Assembly: GCA_965202585.1 (NCBI GenBank)
Contig: OZ241833.1
Coordinates: 42,222,001 to 42,286,000 of the forward strand
DNA: 64,000 bases
Source of the DNA: Thalia democratica
Lineage: Eukaryota
Direction of reading: 5' to 3'
The notes under the pieces are model-generated. The model was not told the DNA's origin and did not search any database. It worked only from the letters and a program-made list of their open reading frames with translations. Shown one piece after another: positions 1-11,688 of the stretch (position 1 is the first letter of the stretch; every line of letters begins with the position of its first letter). The translations under genes and the position numbers were made by a program.

Positions 1-111
1 TTCTCAGCAAGCACAGTAAAGTCAGTGGAACCAGCATGAAGTATAAGAGTAAATTAGTAAAATAAATAAGATCATAACAAGTAAAATACACATTTCAAAT
101 ATAATACTAAC

Positions 112-3100
112 CTGAAAATGGCAAGTTTGTTGAGTTTTCTCAGCAAGCACAGGAAAGTCAGCGGTACAAGCATGGAATATATGAGCAAATTCGTGTATTT
201 TTCACCATCGTGCATGTATTGCGCCAGATTCTCACTTATGAAGATCAGGTATGCGCAGCAGAAGCCTTTGAAAAAAATATGATAAATTTTATGACAATTA
301 TTAAAATTTTACTTTAAATTTAATTCATATATCAATTCTTATAGAAAATATATAACAAACCAGACTGTGAAAAAAAAATTGTAATAATTTAAATAAACAT
401 AAACATTTGGAAAATAAAATAGTTTAAAAAAAAAGATCTCATTTACAATTTCAACTGCTAATTGTTATAAGAGTAATCAAATTGTATAAATTTCTATAGA
501 AAGAGGTTGATGCAAAAAAAAAAGTAATTGAAATAACAGTTTAGAAATAATATTTAATGTTATCTTATATAAAAATAAGTAAATAAAACCAACCAGTTTG
601 TGAAACAACGATGGCGATGTCCACCAACAGGGCCCCAAATTTCCCGTAGGCGTAGAAACCAACGTCCCCGTAACCAATATTGTCCTCGTCTATTGGCAAG
701 GTGGGCTGGAAAATAATGATAAAATATTAATTAATAAAATTTATAAGAATATTAATAAATAATAAAATATACAACTATATTAATAAAAAACATATATATA
801 AACAAAAACTATATATTGTCTCATATATTGGGAAAAATGGTTAAATGATAAAATATAAAGTTGACAAATGAATATGTATAACTATAAAATTTAGTAACAA
901 AAGCTTTTAAATAATTTATGAACTTTATTGTCCTTGTCTTTAGGCAAATTCAGCTTGAAAGGCTGAATTATTTTGTGAAAGTAGACGAATTAAACTAGTA
1001 TAAAAAGTGACAAAGTTGTATAAAAAGTAGACACATTAAAATAGTATAGAAAGTGACAAAGTTGTATAAAAAGTAGACAAATTAAACTAGTATAAAAAGT
1101 GACAAAGTTGTATAAAAGTTGACAAATAAGTATGGAAGAAAGGTTGTAAAAATAATGGAGAATTAAATTAACAAATTGGTTCAGTATTAAAGTTAACAAC
1201 AAAAATAAAAAATATAAAAGTAGACCAACTAAAATTTTGTAAAAACCAACCAATTAGTATGATGAAAAAGATGACATATAATTTTATGAAATATATAATT
1301 TTGCTACCATAAAAGACTTGATAAAAAATTCAATTAATTTAGATTCATATAACCAAGTTTAATCCAATCTTCTTAATAAAAACATTATTTATTAAACAAC
1401 AAAGTTCATCAACAATTAAGACCAACTTTTAAAAAAAAAACACTTGTCTTTTTTTTTTTGAGAATGTATATTTTAAATACAATGAAATTTTTATTTTTTA
1501 AAGATACAACAACAACTTTACATAAAAAGTACATCAAATTCCTATATATTGACATTACTAGTAACAGTTCACTTTTTCACCAACAGTTCTGATGAAACAA
1601 AAAAAATCAATAAGTCTTTACATTGAATGTTATATTGATGAATAATCACTTAATTTTGTTTCCTGCTGAAAAATCAATGAGAAGTTACTGCGTGTTAAAT
1701 AAAAACAGTTCAAGTTTTTACCAAAAATATAAATAAAATATTTAAAACAATTTTTTTATGTTAAACTATGTTAAAATGTTTTATTTCTACGTTTTAAAGT
1801 TCGTCAATCATTTTTAAAGTTGAATATTCAAACGTTTGCAAATCGAAAAAATAAAGCTCAAGAGTTTTTTATCTTACATTTTAATTTATATGCCTACAAA
1901 AAAAACATATAGAAAAAATAACAAATTAACCCTTACATTGGCTTGAAATTTAAAAACGTTGTGAAGTTAACTAATGGTTTCATTTAATTTAAAATAGTAC
2001 AGTACAACCATTTAAACTAAATAAATTTGCATTAGAACTGCATTTAATATTTAGACAAGTAGTTATATCAACTAAAATTTTTCAAAAACCAATATTTAGT
2101 AACTTTTTTTTAGTAACCAATACTTTAGTCCATTGGGGTTAAACAATTTTCTTATCCATATGGACTGTTTAAAATAATGTAAGCTTAAAGTATGAACAAT
2201 AGTCAACTTCAATAGAATAGGAAAGTTTTAGTTGATTTTCAAGGTATAGTCATTTTCGTAAAAACTTTTTTTTTAAATCTATGGACCATATTTTTTTAGT
2301 CGATTTTATTGTAAAATTAAAAAAACTTAGTAAAATTTTTTTTTTCTACCTTTTATTTTTTTTTAATTTTAAAAAGTTTTCAGTGCAATATCTAAAAAAA
2401 TCAGTTTGAACTAGGTTTGAATAAATTAAAATACAAATACATTATGACTAAAAAACGATAAATGTTTTGTTTTATTTATTTATTAAAAAATATAATTTGC
2501 AAAAAACTTTAAAAGTTTCTTTCCAACATACTTTATTAAATATTAAAAAAATATGTGAAATTTTTTTATAAAAATGTAGCTCAAAAGTTGTAAGAGGAGA
2601 AAGACTTTTAGTGAAATAGTTTTTTTCGCTTTTTAAGTTTGCACCTTATATGAACAACCTATAAAACTCTCAAATTCTAAAGCAACTTAAGTCTAAAAAA
2701 TTACTTTTTTTTAATGTATAAAGTAATCGGTAGGTCAGTTGTTCAAATAAAAATTACTTAAAAAAAAGATATTTACCCCCTTATGCACTTTAGTTTACTA
2801 GAAGTTTACTAAAGCTGAATATAAATAACAAACAACTGTTTAAATCAACTAAAACTTCATTGAAACTGTACAAAAAAAAAAAACTAACATAAATTTCATT
2901 ACATACGACAAAACAATAAGTAAAAATTTATTATAACTGTACATAGATGAATTTTTTAACAATTGTTACTAACTAAAAAGCTTAAATCAATTAATATATC
3001 ATTATTATTAGTTATCATTGATAAAAAACAAAGTTACACCAACTTTAACTTCACTGTTGCTAATCAAACTTTCATTGTCTTCTTGCTGTAGTTTCTTGTA

Positions 3101-4923
3101 CGATATGTTTGAGTTTTGCTGAAACTTGTTCTTCAAAATGTGGTCTTTGCAGTCGATAAGCAACAACATTGCACTAACACTGAAATATTTAATAATATAA
3201 TAAATTTTATAATAATTCACTGGCTGGTGTTTTTATTTTTGAATTTTTTTTCAAAATATTTATAATTTACTAATCATGCTTTTTTTAACTCAAGATAATT
3301 TTATTTTTTCTGATCAATGTTTTGTAATATCCAAATGAATTATTATTATATGTTAATTTGTCAAAAATTAGGATAATTTTAATATAAACTGTTTTAATGA
3401 ACATAATTATTTTTTTACTGTATTTATTGAAAATTAAACAAAAGTCATGATTTTTTTTGTAATTTAATGGATTGTTTTTCAAATATCTATACAAAAATGG
3501 CTAAAGTTACTTTTCTAACAGATGCTTTCTTAATAGTTGTTTTTTTTTTTACTCAAAAAAATTTGTTTGTTTTTCAATATTGATAAACTATTTTAAAAGT
3601 TTTATCCTTTATATTTCGAGTCCTATTTGATACTTATTTTTTATAATACTTCATTGTAATTCTATATTTCTATTTCGACTTTTAAATAAAACTCACTTAA
3701 GTATTCAAAAACTTAGGATTGCCACTATCCAGTTAGCATTAGATTAACAAAAACCTTTTTTTAGATTCTGTACTCAAATTATTTTTTTATTAGAAGAGCA
3801 AACTACTAGACAAATAAACTAATTAAAAATTAAAACAAATGTTACAAAATCATTAAAAATTATATGGTAGAACATCATTTATGTAAAAATGAAAATGCAC
3901 TCAAGGTGTTACAAAAATCTAGCATGAGATTTTTAACTGTTCACAAAAGCACAAGCTACCCATTAACTAGAGATTTACAAAAATTTTACAACTAGCTTAA
4001 AAGTATGGCAACCCAGAAAGCTTTCATAGTTCTAATATTTTCAAAATGTTCTCATTTTGTAAGTTAGTGACTTTACTATTACACTAAACTTTTTTCTTCT
4101 TCAAATTTTTTTAAGTGTTTTAAACAATTAAGTAAATTATCTATAAAAGTTTATACTTTGAAAAACTTTTAGTGATAAAAATGTTAGAAATTTAAACTAA
4201 AAACATAGAAATTGTTTAGTTAGATAGAGTAATACGAAGAATGCAGACATAATTGAACCAACAAAATATCAAACCTCAAGTATCCCACAAAGGACATTAT
4301 CACAACACCTTCTAAAATTCCAGCCTGCAAACATATTTGAAATATGTATAAGTTTAAGGGGTATAAATAACTAAGGTAAATTTTTAAGTGATTTACATCA
4401 TAAGTACACACTTTTTTTTCTTGTAAACTTACTTTTCAAATGTTTTAGATAAAAGTAAAGACTAAAATGTAAATAACAACTTTTATCAAAAATGTAAATA
4501 ACTGTATGTATTCAAAAAGTTTATAGATTTATTACAATTTGTATAACACACTATGTTATGATATATTTGCTAAATAAAGCAGTAAAAAAGTTAATAGGTA
4601 TACTTTTAGCAATAGTTTAATCTTATTTCATGGAGTTAAAAAACCATTCTTAAAGAAAAAATAACTAAAACCCAAAGAGAGCTAGCTTTTTAAAATTTAT
4701 TTCAAGGTCAATTTTTTATCTGAAACTTGAAGTCTCTAGTCAAAAACAAAATAAGTAAATACATCTTGGTGAAACTTTAAATTTAAACTTTACACAAGTA
4801 CAATTAAAAACAAACTTCTTTGAAGGCATAGGGTAAACCAAGCACCCCTGCTCCGATGAAAGAGATGAAAATGTTCCCAAAAACTTTTATGGAGCTCGAA
4901 CTTGACTCTCCTGAATCGTGCAT
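112..4923 (-). CDS. Amino-acid transporter, Aa_trans family (SLC36/PAT, AVT3/ANT-like), 5' portion; gene continues off the left edge
   Basis: Minus-strand exons 4816-4923 (MHDSGESSSSSIKVFGNIFISFIGAGVLGLPYAFKE), 4275-4324 (AGILEGVVIMSFVGYLS), about 3050-3179 (VSAMLLLIDCKDHILKNKF...; donor uncertain), 594-705 (PTLPIDEDNIGYGDVGFYAYGKFGALLVDIAIVVSQTG) and 112-265 (FCCAYLIFISENLAQY...). GT-AG boundaries and compatible phases. The N-x-F-x-S-F-I-G-A-G-V-L-G-L-P-Y-A-F and Q-T-G-F-C-C-A-Y-L-I-F motifs are typical of the family. Confidence 0.9.
985..1130. repeat. 46-bp minisatellite, about 3 copies, in a transporter intron
   Basis: GAC.AATTAAACTAGTATAAAAAGTGACAAAGTTGTATAAAAAGTA repeated; explains the spurious ORF 990-1253. 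Confidence 0.85.
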
Positions 4924-4925
4924 TG

Positions 4926-4955
4926 TGACGTAACAATTTTGTTTTATGACGTAAT
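4926..4955 (-). promoter_or_regulatory. Two CRE-like TTACGTCA motifs immediately upstream of the transporter ATG
   Basis: Minus strand CTATTACGTCATAAAACAAAATTGTTACGTCACAATG; CpG-containing motif duplicated in otherwise CpG-poor DNA. Function inferred only. Confidence 0.3.
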
Positions 4956-5962
4956 AGTTATGGTGTTTCTTTGTTTTTGAAGAAATGTGAAGGCAGTTTA
5001 AAATAGTGTTTATTGCATCAAACTGAAAAATTATAAAAAAAAAATTTGACAGAAAACTCAATTTAAAAAATTTACATCTCATGTATTAAGGAGTTTTATA
5101 TACTACATTTGTTAGATAAGTGATACTTTAAGAAAAAAACATTTATAATTATTAGTATTTAATTTATGTAGTTTATGTATTTAATTTATAATGCTCTGTG
5201 AGACTTTCTCAAATTATGCTCATAATTTGTTAGAAAATACTACAGCTGTCAAAAGTATTTTTCATTAATTTTTTTTGTTTTAGAAGTTTTGGAATAACTT
5301 TTAAGACCAAAACTTTTTATACTCCCTAAATTGTCAAAAACAAAATTAAACTATGCTATGTAAAAGGTATCTTAGAAATACTTTTGCAAAAAAAACTATA
5401 AAAAATTACATCTCAAAATGCAAAACATGTAAAAATATAGATAGTTCATGTGATAGTATTTCATAAACTGAGGAGCAAATTTTTATTTGCTTGTTCAACT
5501 ATATAAATTTACAAAATGATATACATCATTCCTAGCAAATTAACTTATTTTAAAGTAAAAATTTATTACAAATCAATAAACTACAAAATAAACATTATAT
5601 AAGCATAATTTTTTTAAAATTTAATAACTTAAGTTCATTTTAAGCATTTAAGTTTTAGTTCTCAGGAAATATTCCTAGTAATAAAAGTAAAGTTGTGTTT
5701 TAGTGGAATTAAATAAAAAACAATGAGCATTCTATTCCAAATATAAAAAACTAAGAAAAATTATGTTTTTAGTCGAAATAATTTTATTATACTTATTTTC
5801 TACAAATAAAAAGTTCCTACTTAAAGATTGTTTATTATTAAATGTTATAACTATAATGAGAAAGTTTGAGAACAAATGCTTGAATAATATGAGAGATGGT
5901 AAAATTTTAGTGAAACAGTAATTTGTTGCCTTATAAATATCCTTCCAGAGGGAGCCTATTAA

Positions 5963-6664
5963 GGGCATAGGGGGGGGGGAGGGCATCAAACATTTGTTTT
6001 TACTAAAATTAACAATGGATCTTATATGTAAGCTTAAAGTACAAACTACAAGCCAGTTTTTATAGAATTAAAAAATATTATTTAACTTTTGAGATATTGT
6101 AGTTTTTATAAAAAGTTTCTGATACAAACGTATGGACCGCAAGTTTTTTGAGGTCAATTTTCTTGTAAATTAAAAAATCACTAAAAACCTATCTTCTTCT
6201 TCATTTTTTGAGATAGAGACCTCAAATTTTTTGCAAACCTTCCTTTTATAGTTTAAAAGACTTTGAATGTTGGAATTTTAAAAATATTTAAAAGTATAAA
6301 TTTAAGACAAAAAAAACAAAAAAAATAGGTGGTTTTTTTAAATAAAAATTTTATTTTTCAAAATTTAAAAAATTCCTGCATTCAATTTTTTCAAAATTTA
6401 ATTATACACTTTCTGTGAAAATTTGAAGAAGATTTCTTAAAAAATGAAGGAGGAGATAGATTTTTAGTGAAATGGTCTTTTTTTGCGTTTTTAGTTTGCG
6501 CCTTCCATTAGGAATTTATTGAGGTAACTGACTTTGACTGCTCATATCTCAAAAATACTTTGAATTTTTTCAAACGGTTAAAAATATCTGTTAGCTTGGA
6601 TAAAACTCTATAAAATAAGATCAATTTGTAAAAATCAAGGTGGACCCCCCCCCACCCTATGCCC
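5963..6664. mobile_element. Non-autonomous TIR element with TTAA target duplication and GG termini (Kolobok-like MITE)
   Basis: TTAA|GGGCATAGGGGGGG ... CCCCCCACCCTATGCCC|TTAA; 702 bp, no ORF. Related decayed copies at about 2180-2792, 19110-19563 and 41803-42020. Confidence 0.75.
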
Positions 6665-6769
6665 TTAAACTGTTTAACTTTGTACCCTTATATTTTTATA
6701 ACTAATTCTAATAAAAAACATATTAATTAATGAACTTTACCACAAGATCAACAACAACAGCATCCAAGA

Positions 6770-6814
6770 CAATCCTACAACCAGTTTTGTCCTAATCAGG
6801 ACTCATCAAGGCAG
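6770..6814 (-). ncRNA. Degenerate minimal type I hammerhead ribozyme motif (Penelope/retrozyme relic)
   Basis: Minus strand: TTGATGA-GTCC-TGATTA-GGAC-AAAAC-TGGTT-GTA; hammerhead core with two mutated conserved positions (C3, G12). Confidence 0.55.
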
Positions 6815-6935
6815 AAATAGTTGCAAGAAACCGCTGTTGTGATCTTAACCAAGCTGGCTTAAATACAAAGTACTGAAGCAACCGTTTGGAGTGAAGATGA
6901 AAAAAAATTGACACAGGTAAATAATTTTCAGCCCA

Positions 6936-7062
6936 ACATCTCGGACATTGTCAGCTTATTGTGAGATCAGTTTTATACCAGTAAATATAATAACTACTGG
7001 TTATAAGTGATCAAATAAGCGCAGACTATAATCTCACAATAATCTGACAATGTCTGAGACGT
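6936..7062. repeat. Fold-back inverted repeat (33-bp arms, 3 mismatches) next to the Tigger remnant
   Basis: AACATCTCGGACATTGTCAGCTTATTGTGAGAT ... ATCTCACAATAATCTGACAATGTCTGAGACGTT, with an inner hairpin ACCAGTA/TACTGGT. Confidence 0.8.
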
Positions 7063-8868
7063 TTAACAAGTTTAGCAAGCACTGGGTTTAAGTATAGGTT
7101 TTGCAAAAGGTTTGGCTTGAGAAATCTCAAAATATGCGGTGAAAATTAAGATTAGATACTTCATCTGCTAAAATATTCATAAATGAATTTACTAGCATAA
7201 CAGAAAGCTACTCCAAACATCAAATTTTTAATTGCAATGAAACTGGATTATATTTTAGAATGTTGCCTGGTAATACATTAGCATCAGTAAATGGCCGGCC
7301 AGATGAAACAAAAACGGCATAAGACAGGATAACAATAAACGCATGTGCAAAATGCAAATGGTACAATAAAGCTACCTTTATTGTTCATTGGTAATTCTAA
7401 AAACCTGCATTGTTTTCGCAATCTAAACAAGGAGGCGTTGCCAGTTATCTCAAAAATCAAAAAAATGCCTGGGTAAACAAACCGTGATATTTTTAAAGAC
7501 TGTTTTTTTAACTGTTTTGTTCCCAAATAAAAAAAAGACTTAGAGAGCTTGGACAAGAAGAAAGAGCCATTTTGTTCCTTGACAATTGCTCTGCACATCC
7601 GAGTGAGGAGGAACTTATACTGCTTGATGGCACAATCACAGTCAAGTTCCTACCTCCAAATGTAACCGCAGTCCTACAGCCAATGGACCAAGAAGTGCTT
7701 GAATTAATAAAGAGGGAGATACAGAAAGTTTAACCTGAGAGACCTTGTAACGCAGACAATCTTTACAATACAAGACTTTTTGAAAAGAATTGACATGATC
7801 AAAGTTGTTGATAGTGTCACATCTGCATGGGATGTTGTAACACCTGCAGCAATTAGAAATTCCTTGAAGAAGTTGATGCCACTACCAAGGTCTTCCATGC
7901 AAACCAGTGAAGAGTTTGAAGAAGTTACCTACAATGAGTTTTACAGCCGTTTTTCGGCACTAAACATCACATAAACAGACAATGACATCCAAAACTGGAT
8001 GAGTAGTGATGGTCCTGGTTATGAACAATTGGACGTCCAAGGAATTGTTTAACTAGTTTCCAATGACTGTGATAAAGAAACTGATGAGGAGATTGAAGAC
8101 AATAATGATGTTTAACAAAGTAAACAAAAATGCCCATTCACTCACAGTGAAGCTATGCAGAAAAAAGATGATTTTTTATCTTACTATTTGTGTCAGCCAA
8201 AAGCAACGCCAGAAAAAGTTTCACAACTTATTAAGTTTCATGAGTTTTCTGCTGAAAAACGTGAAAAAACTATAAAACAAATGCCTATTCTTTCTTGTCA
8301 AAGTAAAACTTCCAATAAAAACTAGTTTGTTAGGAGTAATATGTTTCCGTTAAATTGACTATAAACTTTGTCAAAGTTTTTTGTTTTTTTTTTATGTCTA
8401 TTTTTTTTATTTGTTTAAAAAGTATTTTTTTAGAGAGATAGGTTGCCATTAATTTTTGTTTTTAAAGTTAAATTTAATCTATATTATCTCTTAAACAAAA
8501 ACTAATCTTTTTTTAAATTAATAGTTAAGGCAGGCGGAATTACAAATGATAAATCTTACTTGCTTGACCCTCAAAAAATGTATATTGCTGCAGAGGGTTA
8601 GTAAATCTGATGTTTTTCTACCTTAGAAAAAATTAAATTAATTAACCTAAAATTTAGCTTTTATTATTAATCATTTTATTATATATTACGCACAATTATG
8701 TACTATGTGTTTGTTTTACCATAACACTTTTATTATGCATTGCATTATATGCAGCAGTTATATGTTTATGAAAAAAAAGATTTTTTGTAGTTATCTGGAT
8801 TTTTAGTTATCCAGACATGTTTACAGAAAAATCTTGCCAAACGTGTTCAGATAAGCAAATATGCACTG
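7063..8868 (+). mobile_element. Decayed pogo/Tigger (jerky-like, DDE_1) transposon with right TIR
   Basis: Frameshifted, stop-containing transposase fragments: LASTGFKYRFCKRFGLRNLKICGE, FNCNETGLYFRMLPGNTLA, AILFLDNCSAHP, VKFLPPNVTAVLQPMDQ. Right end ...TTCAGATAAGCAAATATGCACTG followed by TA (8868/8869). Left TIR not found. Confidence 0.88.
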
Positions 8869-10096
8869 TATATATAAACCCATAGAGCTTATATTTAAAT
8901 AGATATTTTTAATACATAACTTTAGTATAAACTAAAACTTTCATTACTATGAATTTTTTGTATCCAATGATATTATTAATCACGTTCTAAGTGAAGCATT
9001 GTTTTATGAAACAATTCTTAAAATAATAAACTTGTTTAAATTTAAAGGAATATAAATAAGAAAAACGTTTTCAAAAAAAATGCTATTTCATAATAATTTT
9101 CTACACTTTTGATTAAGTCTTAATTTTAATAATACTTAATTAACCGACTTATTTATCTAAAAATCAACCAACTAAAAAAAGGTCAAAAATTAATTTCTTG
9201 TGTCAATTACTTAAGAATTTTTAAGAAAATAAACTAGTGTTTTAAAATTGCCAGGTTATTATTTACTAAATTTTCAAAATGCAGGTTTTTCAAGGACTGC
9301 AGGTTTTCTTTACAACCCTGTTTTAATACGTGGAAGGGGCACAGATGTCTACAATGAATAAAACACCAGTTGCTGTTTCAGATGCAGACACCCAATCAAA
9401 TGCCTATTTAATATTGTTTATCAATTCAGGCCTCCTAGCAGTAGGTAAATTAAAAGCTAGATTTTCTTTCCTCAATTTAAAAACTTACAACCTTCTTGTC
9501 TTTTTTAATTATATTTATAAATGCTTAGATTTAACAGACACTTTTTAAATCTTAAAAAGCTGGACAATTGGTAATAATTATTGAACAAAAAAAAAAGCGC
9601 TCAAATATTTGGTCCAAGGACCTGGTGTATGAAAAAACCTTTTGGATATCGAGTCATACACAGGGATACAGTTTAAAGTCCAGGACTAATAATTAATAAG
9701 CAATAAGATTCAAATAGTCTCAGTTTACTATTTACCTTCGAAAGGCTAAACTGATAAAATAAACTTTCATTTAAAAATTATTAATATACAATCTTCAGCT
9801 ACAGAAGTGTTACTATTGTTGTTTTAAATATGCCCTATATAAATCGCATGATTATTTGTTAAAACAACAATTTTTTTCTACTTTAGCTTTAAATTTACCA
9901 TGAGAAAATTAGCATACGTTTAGTGTGGTGTGATAAACATTTAAATTCAAAACTTTCTTCTTATAAATTTATTCCAGGGAAAAATAAAATTTATGATTAC
10001 GAAAACAGCAGTCGACTTTAAGGAATATAACTATACTATAAGATAAACTGAAAAACACGGCCATCAGCAGCAGTCCTTGTGAGTTGTGAGTTTTTG

Positions 10097-10132
10097 CAAT
10101 CCTGTTTCGTCCTTATTAGAACTCATTGTACC
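10097..10132 (-). ncRNA. Second degenerate hammerhead motif
   Basis: Minus strand: CAATGA-GTTC-TAATAA-GGAC-GAAAC-AGGATTG; stem III and cleavage triplet deleted relative to the 6770 copy. Confidence 0.45.
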
Positions 10133-11429
10133 AACATAGTTAGTAAAAATTAACTGTTGCAAACAAAAAAATAAAATAAAATAATTTATTTTTTCATCTC
10201 TTCTCTACGTACTTTTTGTTTCACAGCTGCGAAAAGAATTCAAATTAATTTTTTTTTTGGATATATTTGATAGTTGTTTGGACAACACAAGTTTTTCAAA
10301 AAATTTTGCTGGAATAACGATACGTGTTTTTTTTTTAATTTGCTCGTATTGAAGACAAAGCTTTATTCTCCCTTATAAATCAGTTTAAGTAATGTATTGG
10401 TGTAATAGGAGTACTGCAGATATGCCTTTTGTCATTGCTGTATTGTTCTCGAAAATGTTTAGAAGAACTTTTGTGTCATCTATTTTAAGTTTTAAAAAGT
10501 AATCAACAAACTTTTAAAAATTATTGATAATATTTCAAGAATCTGTTCATTTTCAGATTTTGTACTTAAAATAATAATAATAATAAATAATTTGTCTCCT
10601 GTAAACAAAATATGCAAACCTTTTAAATTTTAAACAAAAAATGTTATTGATATTGTTGTATATTTAGTAAGAGAATAGTACAGCTTAACTTTATCTTTTG
10701 TATAGTCAACTAAATAAAGTATGATCACTGATCAGGTAGTACAAATTTATTTTGATAAATTTACTGTCATTAAATGTTTTTAAACAAAGATTAATTGTTT
10801 TTTTAAGTTTATAACTTAAAAAACTTAAAAGACTTTTTTTAATTCTTCAGAGAAGTTGTAATAAAACATAACAAATATTATTTATGTTGTTACTAATTGA
10901 CAAGTTCCATCAGTATCTAATTCTACTAACACTTTTTTAAGCAGTGGATCTACGAAGTTGCACTGTAGTACAATTTATTTAAACTTAAAAAACTAAAATG
11001 TTCTTTATTTTATTAATAAAGATTCATTCACAAAAACACAATAAGTTATATCGTTGATATAAAGTTTTCAAAAACTAGTTATGTTGGTTTTCTACGATTA
11101 AAGGGGTTTTTTTTTTGGAGTTCTGATTTATAGGCACGAATTTTTCAAAATTTCACGTGTTAGCCAATATTGCCATTATAGCAACCATTCTAAAATTTAT
11201 TTAGTTAAATTTAAAGCTTTGAATAAAATTTAGTTCAGTGACATTATCGACATCAATTTTTGCAGTTTTATAAACAGTATTACGATATTTTAATGCTTTT
11301 ATTGTTAATAGATTATAGATATATTTTATTAATTTACACTGTGTTTCATAACAATTACCAAATTAACAACTTACTATGACTTAGTTAATTATCCTACCAC
11401 TAAGTAATAGCAATTAACTCCAACTAGTG

Positions 11430-11688
11430 CAGGGTTTCCCAAAGTGGGCCATATGGCCTCCTCGGGGGCCATAAGAAGCAAAGGGGCTGAATGGGGGCTG
11501 TGAAAATTAAAGAAGCCTAGGGGAGCTATGAGGTCATAATTTAAAATTTACGCTAGATATTCTGGAGTTGAAGATGAAGAGCATAAAAAAGTATTAATTG
11601 TAATAATGGTAGTTTTTTTTTGTGAAATCTCGTCGGAGGGGGACTTTTTTTTAAAGCAGGCCTAATGAAAAAAGTCTGGGAAACGCTG
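11430..11688. mobile_element. hAT-like MITE remnant
   Basis: Ends CAGGGTTTCCCAAAGTGG and AAGTCTGGGAAACGCTG are imperfect inverted repeats; GC-rich interior; no TSD recognised. Confidence 0.55.

Noticed and set aside
990-1253. 87-aa hydrophobic ORF
   Set aside because: Translation of a 46-bp minisatellite.
5959-6668. piggyBac assignment for the TTAA-flanked element
   Set aside because: piggyBac ends read TTAA-CCC...GGG-TTAA; this element has the opposite GG...CC polarity, which fits Kolobok.
7284-8275. Small ORFs 7284-7598, 7704-7898, 7780-7974 and 8063-8275 as independent genes
   Set aside because: They are fragments or antisense frames of the decayed Tigger transposase.
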